Positions 1 through 9,929 of a DNA stretch of 64,000 nucleotides are shown here, in pieces. The translations under genes and the position numbers were made by a program. Under the pieces are notes generated by a model. That model had not been told where the DNA came from. It did not search any database and saw only the letters and a program-made list of their open reading frames with translations. The stretch's first letter is position 1; each line of letters begins with the position of its first letter. Origin of the DNA: Candidatus Micrarchaeota archaeon (GTDB lineage: Archaea > Micrarchaeota > Micrarchaeia > Micrarchaeales > CABMGC01); NCBI GenBank assembly GCA_021803945.1, contig JAJZKW010000001.1, forward strand, positions 8,517 through 72,516, written 5' to 3'.

Positions 1-128
1 TATCGATTAAGACAATCTTGTCTGTGCCTCCAAACAACTTCGTTTTTGAGAGGGGTTGCCATCTGGCAGATTCTTTAAGCCCGGATTAGATTCTTCCCCA
101 AAAAAGCAAGCATCTTTTTGGACGAAGC

Positions 129-509
129 TCATAACTTGCTCTTAAGTCCTACCCAGATTCCGTCAGGATCATATACAAAACCCATCTTTATCCCTTTTCC
201 CTTAAAGAGCTTCATTGCAACCCGTGCGCCATTCCTGACAAGCCTGTTATACTCTTTCTCCGCGTCTTTGACCTCGAACATCAAATGGTCCATCTCCTCT
301 CCCTTAGTATAGGGTTTGTAGAGCCGGCAGTTCTTACCGTACCACATTATCCTCAATTTTGCGCCGGTCTTCCTGTCTTCGAACAATATACTCTCCTCCC
401 CCGGTATCGGCTTCCTCCTTTCGACAACTCTCAGACCCATCTGTTTTGTGTAGAAATTTACCGATCTCTTTACGTTTCGCACCCTTATGCTTGTATAAAC
501 TAATCCCAT
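129..509 (-). CDS. VOC / glyoxalase I family protein
   Basis: 126-aa ORF with an N-terminal 'GLVYTSIRVRNVKRSVNFY' beta-alpha-beta module and a later 'HLMFEV' module, typical of lactoylglutathione lyase-like proteins. Confidence 0.7.
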   Translation of the reverse strand: MGLVYTSIRVRNVKRSVNFYTKQMGLRVVERRKPIPGEESILFEDRKTGAKLRIMWYGKNCRLYKPYTKGEEMDHLMFEVKDAEKEYNRLVRNGARVAMKLFKGKGIKMGFVYDPDGIWVGLKSKL

Positions 510-885
510 AAGATCATCTGCATACCATATCCATGCAAAAAAGCTTTAAATAAATGAAGCTATCATTTCAGTTACCTCCATACCGGTCCATCTATTTTAT
601 GCCGGTCCTTGAGCACGGGCAATTAGTTCTGGATGTGTGTCTCATGAAAGCAGACTCATAGAAAAAGGCCTGAAAGTAGTAACCTGACAGGATACTAATA
701 ATTTCTGCAAAACAAGGTAATTACCAGGTTATAAGTAGTATTTACGTCTACTATACTATGTCTCCAAGTTTTAAGTTGCACATTATTTAAATATAAAGTT
801 TATTTTTAATAATAAAGTATTATATATAATAAGAAAGACTTATATACTATTATGCCTAATTATATATGAATCTAAAGGCGAGTAT

Positions 886-1077
886 ATGAATAAACAAGAG
901 CTGAAAGGAAAGAGCAAAGTAGTTGAGGGAAAACTCCGTGAGAACGTTGGCAAATTGACAGATGACAAAGTGGAAGAGTTTTATGGCAGAGTTCAGCAGG
1001 TTGAAGGAAAGATGGGCGAGAAGGCAGGAAAACTTGGAGCAAAGTCAAAAAAGTCCAGCTACAGCTCAGAGAAATAG
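886..1077 (+). CDS. CsbD-like stress response protein
   Basis: 63 aa, Lys/Gly/Glu-rich with repeated 'GK..E..GK.TDD...E..G...Q..GK' pattern characteristic of the CsbD family. An AT-rich promoter region lies upstream. Confidence 0.7.
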   Translation: MNKQELKGKSKVVEGKLRENVGKLTDDKVEEFYGRVQQVEGKMGEKAGKLGAKSKKSSYSSEK

Positions 1078-1113
1078 ATCCGCTTCAGGGTTTTGATAAC
1101 AATGTGAATACAT

Positions 1114-1401
1114 ATGACAAAACAAAGTATTTCGAGAGGACATGAGCTAACGGAGTTCTATGGGAAAGAGTGCCCGCATTGCCATGCAATGGATTCGCTT
1201 GTAGACAGACTGGCGAAAGAAGAAAAGGTCACGGTTAAACGGTTGGAAGTGTGGCATAATCATAAAAATGCCAAAACAATGCAGAGCGTAGGTAAGGGCC
1301 GTTGTGGCGGAGTGCCATTCTTTTTTAATGCAAAAACTAGCAAATCCATATGCGGAGAGACAGGTTATGCTGCGTTAAAGAAATGGGCCCTTGAAAAATA
1401 A
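1114..1401 (+). CDS. Thioredoxin-fold (glutaredoxin-like) protein with CPHC active site
   Basis: 95 aa with a CPHC redox motif near the N-terminus and 'GGVPFFF' (cis-Pro loop). It lies 27 nt upstream of a disulfide reductase gene. Confidence 0.6.
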   Translation: MTKQSISRGHELTEFYGKECPHCHAMDSLVDRLAKEEKVTVKRLEVWHNHKNAKTMQSVGKGRCGGVPFFFNAKTSKSICGETGYAALKKWALEK

Positions 1402-1427
1402 TACGCCCTTCAAGACCAGGTTAGTTA

Positions 1428-2804
1428 ATGGCAAAGCTTCAAAAATTCGATTTGATAGTGATAGGAAGCGGGGCTGGGCTTGATGTTGCTTCTGCGGCAT
1501 CAGAGAATGGGCTTAAAACTGCAGTGATAGAGAAAGGGCCTTTAGGCGGGACATGCCTCAACCGCGGATGCATACCATCAAAAATGCTGATACATAGCGC
1601 AGATGTGATAGAAACTATCAACAACGCCAAGGCATTCGGAATAAAGGTAAATGGATACAAAGCAGACTTCTCCTATATAATAAAAAGGACTAATGACACT
1701 GTCGATAAAGATTCTGCACAGATAGAACGCAGCCTTAGGCGTTCCAAAAATCCTGTGCTCTTCAAGGAGAGCTGTGAATTCGTTGGGAAAAAAGTGATAA
1801 GAGTAGGGAATAACGAGATAACCGCAAAAAAGATCCTTATAGCTGCAGGAAGCAGGCCTACGATACCAGATATCCCCGGGCTGAACGGTTCAGGTTTCGT
1901 AACTAGCACTGAGGCGCTCAGGCTTGATAAACAGCCAAAAACATTGACGATAATCGGAGGAGGATATATCGCAGCAGAATTGGCTCATTTCTACGGCTCT
2001 TTAGGAACAAAAATAAACATCATTCATCATAATGACCTGTTAATCAACCGGGAAGACGAAGAGGTTGCCTCCAGATTCACAAAAATTGCCAGATTGAAGT
2101 ATAATATCTACACCAATTCAGAGCCTATCAATGTATCAAAAAAGAACAAAATAATCACTGTCAAGATAAAAAACAGAGCAAACAACAAAACCGACACCCT
2201 GGAATCCGATGCACTGCTTGTAGCTGTAGGCGTGACCCCCAATTCAGATACCTTAAACCTAAATAAGACAGGAGTCAAGACAGATGCTAAAGGCAACGTA
2301 ATAGCTAATGGCTACCTGGAAACAAACGTCAACGGCATATACGCTCTCGGCGACCTGGTTGGTCACTATCTTTTTAGGCATTCGGCCAATCTAGAGGCCG
2401 AGATCGCTTATACAAACATATTCGGAAGCGCTAAGGTTCTTGTAGACTATACTGCTATGCCCCACGCAATCTTCTCTTCTCCACAGATAGGTTCTGTTGG
2501 GCTGACAGAGCAGAAACTCAAAGAAGATGGCAAAGATTATATCGTTGGTAAGGAAGAGTATATCAACACCGCAAAAGGTATGGCGATAGAGGACCGAACT
2601 GGCTTTGTTAAGTTTTTGGTGGATAGGCGCACGAAGAAAATCCTCGGATGTCATATCTTAGGTACCGATGCGTCTACACTAATACATGAGGCTATTGTAG
2701 CGATGAAGAGCGGAAAAGGCACTATAGACAACATCACCAATGCAGTCCATGTGCATCCTGCGTTGAGCGAAGTTGTTGCAAGGGCCGCTTACAATGCAAG
2801 GTAG
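1428..2804 (+). CDS. Class I FAD-dependent pyridine nucleotide-disulfide oxidoreductase (dihydrolipoamide dehydrogenase-like)
   Basis: 458 aa with FAD motif 'VIGSGAGLDVA', redox disulfide 'GGTCLNRGCIPSK', NAD motif 'IIGGGYIAAE' and C-terminal His-Glu dyad 'HVHPALSE'. Confidence 0.85.
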   Translation: MAKLQKFDLIVIGSGAGLDVASAASENGLKTAVIEKGPLGGTCLNRGCIPSKMLIHSADVIETINNAKAFGIKVNGYKADFSYIIKRTNDTVDKDSAQIERSLRRSKNPVLFKESCEFVGKKVIRVGNNEITAKKILIAAGSRPTIPDIPGLNGSGFVTSTEALRLDKQPKTLTIIGGGYIAAELAHFYGSLGTKINIIHHNDLLINREDEEVASRFTKIARLKYNIYTNSEPINVSKKNKIITVKIKNRANNKTDTLESDALLVAVGVTPNSDTLNLNKTGVKTDAKGNVIANGYLETNVNGIYALGDLVGHYLFRHSANLEAEIAYTNIFGSAKVLVDYTAMPHAIFSSPQIGSVGLTEQKLKEDGKDYIVGKEEYINTAKGMAIEDRTGFVKFLVDRRTKKILGCHILGTDASTLIHEAIVAMKSGKGTIDNITNAVHVHPALSEVVARAAYNAR

Positions 2805-2943
2805 ATTATGCCTGGTGGCAAATTGTAAAACAAAGGCAGATGCAATGAGTGCGACACTGGCTTTGATGACATTAGAAGCACAAAAATAAAAAGGCAGGAT
2901 TGCCATAAGGAATGAATATGCTGAGTTATGCTTGGTGAAAAGT

Positions 2944-3459
2944 TCATACCTTTTTCTGTATTCCGATCACGCGGATCCTGAATACCAGCGTCTTTCCTGC
3001 GAGCGGCGGGTTGAAGTCTACTGTGGCTGTTGTTGCATTCGCTGCAGTTATCGTTCCCTGTATCAGGTGCCCGTTTACATTCTCTCCGACAGTCATCCCT
3101 ATCTGCACCGTCCTGTTACCGAAACTGCTCATTGGCACCTTCACTATCAACGAGGCGTTTATCTGGCCATAGGCTTCGTTCGGCTGTACTGTCACTGTTC
3201 TCTCCTCCCCCAGCCTCATCCCTACGACTCCATTGTCAAATCCAGGAATCACCTGCCCTGCCCCTACCGTAAATTTAAGGGGCGGCTGGCCCGCGTTTGA
3301 GCCAAACACCGTGCCATTTGTAAACGTCCCAGTGTAGTTGACCTCAATCGTGTCGCCTATCCCTACCGTAGGCACCGATGCGCTGCTAACTGTAGTATAA
3401 ATTGCCCCTAGCACTGCCAAGGCAACAATTGCAGCTATGAAAACAAACAGTTTTCGCAT
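2944..3459 (-). CDS. Membrane-anchored FKBP-type peptidyl-prolyl cis-trans isomerase
   Basis: N-terminal TM/signal segment 'MRKLFVFIAAIVALAVLGAI', then the FKBP core 'GDTIEVNYTGTFTNGTVF...PLKFTVGAGQVIPGFDNGVVGMRLGEER'. Confidence 0.85.
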   Translation of the reverse strand: MRKLFVFIAAIVALAVLGAIYTTVSSASVPTVGIGDTIEVNYTGTFTNGTVFGSNAGQPPLKFTVGAGQVIPGFDNGVVGMRLGEERTVTVQPNEAYGQINASLIVKVPMSSFGNRTVQIGMTVGENVNGHLIQGTITAANATTATVDFNPPLAGKTLVFRIRVIGIQKKV

Positions 3460-3509
3460 ATTATCCCATGCATATGGCGCTTTCCTGCGCTGCTAAAAAG
3501 CTATGGCGC

Positions 3510-3716
3510 TTACTTCAGGCTCTTGTCCAGAGTCTTCCTGAGCTCAGCTGCCGCCTTATTAAGCGCGTCGGAAAGCGGCTTGAACTCGCCTTCTATGGTG
3601 TTCAGGTTGACTATGAATCCGTTCAGGCAGTCCAGGCATATCGGCTTCTCCGGATGTGCAGTGTTAAAAGCTAACATACTTGTGTTCCTGTCGCATATTG
3701 TGCAGTTCTTTGCCAT
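3510..3716 (-). CDS. Small CxxC...CxxC zinc-ribbon protein, function unknown
   Basis: 68 aa containing 'CTIC' and 'CLDC' pairs. No family recognised. Confidence 0.35.
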   Translation of the reverse strand: MAKNCTICDRNTSMLAFNTAHPEKPICLDCLNGFIVNLNTIEGEFKPLSDALNKAAAELRKTLDKSLK

Positions 3717-3836
3717 CCTATCCCTTTATACGCGTCATCATTGCCCGGAAGGTCCAGCCATGCGAACTCTAGCCTTTCTGCACGACATCCGATGCAAGGC
3801 TGAAGCCAAGCGACTGAGACCGCAGATCCGTTTTAA

Positions 3837-4091
3837 TTATCTCCTTGGTTTCTTGATTATTGCAGCATATACTATAACTGCGCCTATTATTGCAGTTATT
3901 ATACTACCTATCTCCAGTATGGTAGAATTGTAGCATGCCTGAGCTCCAGTGCCTCCGAAGATAGATGTTATCGCTGTAGATATCTTCCCACCAATAGTAT
4001 TGCATTGCGTTACGGTATTGTAATTCTGCCAGAATACCGTCACCCCAATCACCAAGATTATTATTCCTGTTATTGCTTCCCATGTGTTCAT
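3837..4091 (-). CDS. Small integral membrane protein
   Basis: 84 aa with two hydrophobic helices (ITGIIILVIGVTVFW; IGSIITAIIGAVIVYAAI). Confidence 0.4.
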   Translation of the reverse strand: MNTWEAITGIIILVIGVTVFWQNYNTVTQCNTIGGKISTAITSIFGGTGAQACYNSTILEIGSIITAIIGAVIVYAAIIKKPRR

Positions 4092-4103
4092 TTTATTACC
4101 TTT

Positions 4104-4328
4104 TTAAAGTGTTATCTTGTACCCCAGCATCTTAAGCCCGAAGTATATCAATACAAGGCCGATGACTGCCTGCAGGACCTGCGCGAGGTTAAAGAGTATC
4201 AATAATACTCCTATTATGAGTATTATTGCTCCGGCAACCGCACCGTAAGTCAGTCCGTCCTTCTTAAGCTCCCTATCCACTCCTGCCTTGTTCAATCTCA
4301 AATCTTTCCGTTTATCGCTCTTTGCCAT
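4104..4328 (-). CDS. Small integral membrane protein
   Basis: 74 aa with a basic N-terminus followed by two TM helices. Tandem with the previous small membrane ORF. Confidence 0.4.
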   Translation of the reverse strand: MAKSDKRKDLRLNKAGVDRELKKDGLTYGAVAGAIILIIGVLLILFNLAQVLQAVIGLVLIYFGLKMLGYKITL

Positions 4329-4532
4329 ATAATCTTCCTTTGATAGTATTAGGAAGCATGTCTATTTAAACCTTTTTATCACTAAAGTTTTATTCAATAA
4401 CCTAAAATTTTGTTTAAAAAACTTTGATATGGTGGGTGTGCTGACTTAAGTTTGCATCATCATGTGTTAGGCGCAGCATGCCACGCCACCTAAATCTCGG
4501 AATGAAGCTCGCATCCTTCAGGACTTGGTAGC

Positions 4533-5555
4533 TCACGTTTCAGAGATTGCGTCTGCTATGTGCTTTCCGACTTCTGAGCATTTGCTGCTGCCTCCCAGGT
4601 CAACGGTCTTCACACCGTCTTTTATCGACTTCAGCACAGACCTCTCTACAGCCATTGCTGCATTGCCGTGCCCCATCCAGTCGAGCATCATCTTTATGGA
4701 CATTATCGTAGCGATAGGGTTCGCTCTGTCCATGCCCGCATACTTCGGAGCGGATCCGTGTATCGGCTCGAACATTGCATAATCCTCGCCTATGTTTGCA
4801 GACGGGCCTACGCCAACCCCTCCAACGATCATCGCCGCCTCGTCCGACAGTATGTCTCCAAACATATTTTCAGCGACTATTACATCATAATCCTCAGGGT
4901 TCTTTATCAGCCACTGCGCCATTGCGTCTGCATGCGCCTCGTCCACCCTGACTCCCTTGTACCTTTTCGACTCCTTTATTATTGTGTCCCTGAAAAGGCC
5001 GTCAGACACCTTCAGTATGTTTGCCTTGTGCACTATCGTGAGGTGCTTTCTCCTGCTCTTTGCGAGTCCAAGTGCGAATCTGCCGATCCTCTCGCTCCCC
5101 TTCCTTGTTATGACCCTTACAGCAATCGCCTTGTCCTTTGATGCCATGAAGTCTATCCCGGAATACATTCCTTCAGTGTTCTCCCTGACTATTACAAGGT
5201 CTATGCCGCCTTTAAGGCTCCAGACGCCAGGTATGCTCTTCGCCGGCCTTACGTCAGCATACAGGCTGAACATCTTCCTGATCTTGACTGCAGCGCTCAC
5301 CTCAGATCCCGCCCCCTCAGGCGTAGTCATTGGCCCTTTCATCACGCAGTCAGAGCTCTTGAGCAGCGAGATCGTCTTCTTAGGCAGGTTTGTCCCATAC
5401 TTCTTTATGCAGTCAAACCCCGCATCACCTATCTCAGTATGTATGTTCAGCCTGAACCTCCTGTTTACCTGGTCAAGCACGCGCATTGACGCCTCTATCA
5501 GTTCAGGGCCTGTGCCGTCTCCAGGCAGTACTGCGACCTTCCAGCTTTTTTTCAT
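4533..5555 (-). CDS. Isocitrate / 3-isopropylmalate dehydrogenase family (probable isocitrate dehydrogenase from context)
   Basis: 340 aa with 'VAVLPGDGTGPE', 'VRENTEGMYSG' and 'NMFGDILSDEAA...GSAPKYAG' beta-decarboxylating dehydrogenase motifs. It lies 5 nt downstream of aconitase on the same strand. Confidence 0.85.
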   Translation of the reverse strand: MKKSWKVAVLPGDGTGPELIEASMRVLDQVNRRFRLNIHTEIGDAGFDCIKKYGTNLPKKTISLLKSSDCVMKGPMTTPEGAGSEVSAAVKIRKMFSLYADVRPAKSIPGVWSLKGGIDLVIVRENTEGMYSGIDFMASKDKAIAVRVITRKGSERIGRFALGLAKSRRKHLTIVHKANILKVSDGLFRDTIIKESKRYKGVRVDEAHADAMAQWLIKNPEDYDVIVAENMFGDILSDEAAMIVGGVGVGPSANIGEDYAMFEPIHGSAPKYAGMDRANPIATIMSIKMMLDWMGHGNAAMAVERSVLKSIKDGVKTVDLGGSSKCSEVGKHIADAISET

Positions 5556-5560
5556 AAAAT

Positions 5561-8356
5561 TCAGCCTAAAATCCTGTTTATCACGTAATTGAGTATGCCT
5601 CCGGCCTTAAAGTATTCCATCTCTATGCCTGTGTCTATCCTGGACGTTACCTCCGCCTCCTTACTTGCGCCTTCCATGTCTGTATAGTGTATGGCTATGC
5701 TGTCCCTAGGCTTCATCGCGTTGGAAATGCCTATGCTTATTGGCTTTGAATAGTCAATCCTCAGGGACTGCGCATCCTCCCCGTCCTTGAATTGGAGAGG
5801 CATGATCCCCATGCCTATGAGATTGCTCCTGTGTATTCTCTCGAAGCTCCTCGCTATGACTGCCTTGACACCAAGCAGCATCGGGCCCTTGGCGGCCCAG
5901 TCCCTAGAGCTTCCAGACCCATACTCTGCCCCTGCCATCACTACGAGCGGAACCTTCTCTTCCCTGTACTTCATCGCTGCGTCATATATGCTCATCTCCT
6001 CCCTGTCAGGAAAGTGTACAGTGTACCCTCCTTCCTTTCCGCCCAGCATCAGGTTCTTTATCCTGTTGTTTGCAAAAGTGCCGCGCATCATAACTTCATG
6101 GTTGCCTCTTCTTGTCCCGTAGGTGTTGAAGTCCGCCTGTTTCACCCCGTGCTCTGCTAGATACCTGCCTGCAGGGCTGTCTCTGCCTATCGCTCCTGCA
6201 GGGGAGATATGGTCTGTGGATACGGAATCTCCGAATACCGCAAGCACCATTGCATTCTCTATGCTGTCTATGCTCTTTCTCTTTTTCGGGTCGAAGCCCT
6301 CAAAGAACGGCGGCATCCTTATGTATGTGCTGCCCTCATCCCATGCATATTCTATTCCGGCAGAGGTCTTGAGGCCGTTCCAGTAAGGATTAACTCCCTC
6401 CATCCCGCTCCCGTATTCCTTTGTGAACATCTCCCTGCTTACTGACCTGCTCATGGCCTCCCCTATCTCTTCCTTGGACGGCCATATATCCCTGAGATAA
6501 ACATCCTTCCCGTCGCTGCCCTTTCCCAGAGGCTCTGTAGTCAGGTCCTTCAGCACCGTGCCGGCTATGCCGAACGCTATGAGCATCGGCGGGGACATGA
6601 GGTAGTTTGCCTTCACGTCCCTGTGTATCCTTGCCTCGTAGTTCCTGTTGCCGGAAAGCACAGATGCAACCGCAAGCCCGTTAGCATTTATTGCATCGCT
6701 CTGCTTGTCTATCAGTGGGCCGCTGTTGCCTATGCACGTTATGCATCCGTATCCGACAAGTCCGTAGCCCAGCTTTGCGAGCGGCTCCACGAGACCAGCC
6801 TTCTCAAGATACCTCATGACCACTCTTGAGCCAGGACCCAGGCTCGTCTTGACCTTCCGCGTATCGACCTTCAGGCCGCGCTCAAGCGCCTTCTTTGCAA
6901 GTATGCCTGCTCCTATCATCACTGACGGGTTGCTCGTATTAGTGCAGCTTGTTATCGAGGATATGACCACGTCTCCGTCAGCGATGTCCGCCTCGTATCC
7001 ATCATCGTATTTTAAGTGCACCTTCCTTATCTCCTTGTGGGTCTGTGACTCCTTCGCTGCAACATTGTCTGGCACTGCGCTCTCCGAAGAGAGTCTTGTG
7101 AGGTCAGTAACGCTTATCTTCTCCTCCCTCTTCTTCTCAGCGTCAGGCATCATGAACGTGTCCATGAAATTGCGTTTTATATCCCGGAGGGGGATCTCCT
7201 GCTTTGGCAGGCTAGGCCCTGACACACATGGGGCTATGCTGCCAAGATCGACCTGTAAAGTGTCGCTGTAGCTCACATCATCGTAATCGATTTCAAGCAT
7301 GCGCTGTTCCGAATAGTACCTCCTTGCAATCTCTATCTGCTCTGCGCTCCTTCCAGTCATCTCCATGTACCTCAGCGTTTCGCCGTCGACCGGGAAGATC
7401 GCTATAGTCGCCCCGTATTCAGGGCACATATTAGAGAGGGTGGCCCTGTCCGGGAGCGAAAGGCTCTTCACCCCCTCCCCAAAGAACTCAACAAACATGT
7501 TCACAACTCCCTTTTCCCTGAGTATCTTCGTGAGCGTGAGCGCAAAGTCGGTGGCCGTGACTCCATCTGCAAGCTTTCCTGTCAGCTTCACCCCGAGGAC
7601 CTTCGGAGTGGTAAGCGCGACCGCCTGCCCAAGCAGCGCGGCTTCGGCTTCTATGCCTCCGACTCCGAACCCGACAACTCCGAGCCCGTTTATCATAGTA
7701 GTGTGCGAATCGGTTCCAACAAGAGTGTCAGGGAATGCCATGTCCTTTCCATCCTGTTTTGAGACAGAGACACAGGTAGCGAGGTATTCAAGGTTTATCT
7801 GGTGGCATATGCCTGCAGAAGGCGGGAATACCCTGAAATTATTGAACGACGAGTTGGCCCATTTGAGGAGAGAATACCTCTCTCTGTTCCTTTCTATCTC
7901 CATCTCCTGGTTTGTCTCCAGTGAGGATGGCATGTTGAACGAATCCACCTGTACCGAGTGGTCGATTATAAGGTCGACTGGTATGAGTGGCTGTATGCTT
8001 TCCGGAGGTTTCCCAGAAGACGCCATGTACTGCCTTATTGTAGCCATATCTACAACGGCAGGGACGCCTGTGAAGTCCTGCATAAGCACCCTGGCAACCT
8101 TGAAAGGCATGTCCCTGTCGACAGGGCTCTTTGCATTCCAATCTGCAAGAGCCTCTACATCCTCCAGTGTAACCTCTTTCCCATCAAGGTTCCTTATAAG
8201 GGACTCAAGGATTATTCTTATCGAGAAGGGAAGTGCAGATATGCGGTGTCCCAGTCCCTCCAGCTTTGGGAGCGAGTAGTAATTGATCTCCCTTCCAGCT
8301 CCGTCCGTGAATTTTGACAGGAGGCTGGATTTAAGCTCCAGAGCGTCTGTTCCCAT
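5561..8356 (-). CDS. acnA: Aconitate hydratase (AcnA/IRP type)
   Basis: 931 aa with 'GTDSHTTMINGLG', 'SCTNTSNP', 'CITCIGNSGP' Fe-S ligand motifs and the C-terminal swivel domain 'GAEYGSGSSRDWAAKG'. Confidence 0.95.
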   Translation of the reverse strand: MGTDALELKSSLLSKFTDGAGREINYYSLPKLEGLGHRISALPFSIRIILESLIRNLDGKEVTLEDVEALADWNAKSPVDRDMPFKVARVLMQDFTGVPAVVDMATIRQYMASSGKPPESIQPLIPVDLIIDHSVQVDSFNMPSSLETNQEMEIERNRERYSLLKWANSSFNNFRVFPPSAGICHQINLEYLATCVSVSKQDGKDMAFPDTLVGTDSHTTMINGLGVVGFGVGGIEAEAALLGQAVALTTPKVLGVKLTGKLADGVTATDFALTLTKILREKGVVNMFVEFFGEGVKSLSLPDRATLSNMCPEYGATIAIFPVDGETLRYMEMTGRSAEQIEIARRYYSEQRMLEIDYDDVSYSDTLQVDLGSIAPCVSGPSLPKQEIPLRDIKRNFMDTFMMPDAEKKREEKISVTDLTRLSSESAVPDNVAAKESQTHKEIRKVHLKYDDGYEADIADGDVVISSITSCTNTSNPSVMIGAGILAKKALERGLKVDTRKVKTSLGPGSRVVMRYLEKAGLVEPLAKLGYGLVGYGCITCIGNSGPLIDKQSDAINANGLAVASVLSGNRNYEARIHRDVKANYLMSPPMLIAFGIAGTVLKDLTTEPLGKGSDGKDVYLRDIWPSKEEIGEAMSRSVSREMFTKEYGSGMEGVNPYWNGLKTSAGIEYAWDEGSTYIRMPPFFEGFDPKKRKSIDSIENAMVLAVFGDSVSTDHISPAGAIGRDSPAGRYLAEHGVKQADFNTYGTRRGNHEVMMRGTFANNRIKNLMLGGKEGGYTVHFPDREEMSIYDAAMKYREEKVPLVVMAGAEYGSGSSRDWAAKGPMLLGVKAVIARSFERIHRSNLIGMGIMPLQFKDGEDAQSLRIDYSKPISIGISNAMKPRDSIAIHYTDMEGASKEAEVTSRIDTGIEMEYFKAGGILNYVINRILG

Positions 8357-8377
8357 GCTAATAAAAATGCGCTTTAA

Positions 8378-8385
8378 GTTTAAAA
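8378..8385 (-). promoter_or_regulatory. TATA-box-like element (TTTTAAAC on minus strand) upstream of acnA
   Basis: The A/T box ends about 22 nt upstream of the acnA ATG (8356), consistent with an archaeal leaderless or near-leaderless transcript. Confidence 0.35.
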
Positions 8386-8493
8386 GTTTAGACGCCTAAA
8401 TCCTTGAATTCAAGTAATGAACCCACAACTGCATATTTCCATGATGTACTTAACAGAGTTCCATAGAACCTTGCATATGGCAACTCAAACTTC

Positions 8494-9648
8494 CTATCTC
8501 TTATCAATAGGCACGTACTCCAGGTCTATCTTCCCAGTGTAATACTCCAGAGGCCTGAAGAGCCTGTTGTTCTTCCAGTACTCCAGCATGTGCGCGCACC
8601 AACCTGAAGACCTGCTTGCAGCGAATATGGGCGTGAAGAGCTCAACAGGTATGCCTGCAGCTATGTACACAGGGCCGGCGAAGAAATCCACGTTTGGCCA
8701 TATTCCGTGGCTCTGGCCTAGCTTCTCCACCATGAGCTTCTCCGCCCTAAGCGCTATTGCAGTGAGCGTCCTGACCTCCTCAGACGAATGGTCCTGAAGC
8801 CGTATTAGATATTCCTTTATTATCCTTGCTCTCGGGTCGTAGGTTTTGTACACCCTGTGGCCAAAACCCATTATCTTCTGCTTTCCTGCGAGCGCGCTCT
8901 CTATGTAGCTCTCCGTGTTCTCCGGCTTCCCTATGGCTCTCATCATCCTCACAGACGCCTCATCCGCTCCTCCGTGCAGTGGCCCTTTCAGCACAGATAT
9001 GCCTGCCGTTATCGCAGAATAAATGTCTGCGAGCGTGGATCCTGCAACCAGCGTCCCGAAAGTCGATGCGTTTGAGCTGTGCTCAGCGTGTATTATGAAC
9101 ATCACCCTCATTATGTCAAGGCTCTCCTTTGAGGGTCTTGCGCCGTTCAGCATGTAAAGGAAGTTCTCGACATGCCCAAGCGACTTATCCGGAGCTACAT
9201 ACTCCCTGCCTGCAGCTACGCTCCCTATAGTGGCGACTATGCTTGACATCCTCGATATTATCCTTATGCTCTTCCTCATGTTTGCCTCCGGCGAGGCGTC
9301 CTGCACCTCTGTGTCGTATGCCGACAACGCAGACGTTGCAGTCCTGAGTATGTCCATAGGATCTGCCTTGCTGTTCATTTCCTTTATTATGTCGACGATC
9401 CCTTTCGGAAGGTCCCTGGATTCGGCTAGCTGCTTTGTAATCGACTCGAGCTGCTGCCTGTCTGGCAGCTGGCCATTCAGAAGAAGATATGCTGTCTCCT
9501 CAAAATCAGAGTTATCAGAGAGTTGCGCAATGGGATATCCCCTGTAATACAGCCGCCCTTCCTGCCCGTCGACCTTTCCCACGCTGCTTTCATCTACATA
9601 TACTCCTTCAAGGCCCCTGCTTATCTGCGGCATTCCTGCGTCTGCCAT
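8494..9648 (-). CDS. gltA: Citrate synthase
   Basis: Motifs 'GPLHGGA', 'GFGHRVYKTYDPRA', 'NVDFFAG'. The ORF track starts at 9756, but the conserved N-terminus begins at 'MADAGMPQISRGLEGV' (ATG at 9648). Confidence 0.9.
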   Translation of the reverse strand: MADAGMPQISRGLEGVYVDESSVGKVDGQEGRLYYRGYPIAQLSDNSDFEETAYLLLNGQLPDRQQLESITKQLAESRDLPKGIVDIIKEMNSKADPMDILRTATSALSAYDTEVQDASPEANMRKSIRIISRMSSIVATIGSVAAGREYVAPDKSLGHVENFLYMLNGARPSKESLDIMRVMFIIHAEHSSNASTFGTLVAGSTLADIYSAITAGISVLKGPLHGGADEASVRMMRAIGKPENTESYIESALAGKQKIMGFGHRVYKTYDPRARIIKEYLIRLQDHSSEEVRTLTAIALRAEKLMVEKLGQSHGIWPNVDFFAGPVYIAAGIPVELFTPIFAASRSSGWCAHMLEYWKNNRLFRPLEYYTGKIDLEYVPIDKR

Positions 9649-9929
9649 AAAATCATCAGATAATAGATTGCAAAATAGTGATTTATACATTTTGATTAAA
9701 CGGTTTACGTCAGATACACGGCTTGTAATCCAGGCCAGCATCTGCAATACCTTCACGCTGTTGCTCGAAGCAATTACCGCTGCATATGGCTCTTTAAGCG
9801 AAATTTGTGGAGAAAGGCGGCAATCGCAGGCGGCGGAGTGCAGACGATTGCCCAGGGAACAGGGAGAGCGAGGCCTCAGAGCAGTAGCCCATATATATTT
9901 TGCACTCCATCATTATTCCGGTATGCCGT

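Noticed and set aside
4430-4489. Imperfect 60-nt hairpin (GGTGGGTGTGCTG ... CAGCATGCCACGCCACC) downstream of the IDH-family gene.
   Set aside because: The stem is interrupted and it sits exactly where a 3'-end structure would be expected. I found no evidence for a distinct ncRNA.
7365-8279. 304-aa plus-strand ORF, plus several other 70-150-aa plus-strand ORFs between 5787 and 8317.
   Set aside because: They are entirely antisense to the strongly supported aconitase gene. Their translations are Ser/Pro/Ala-rich low-complexity sequence with no motifs, typical of shadow ORFs.
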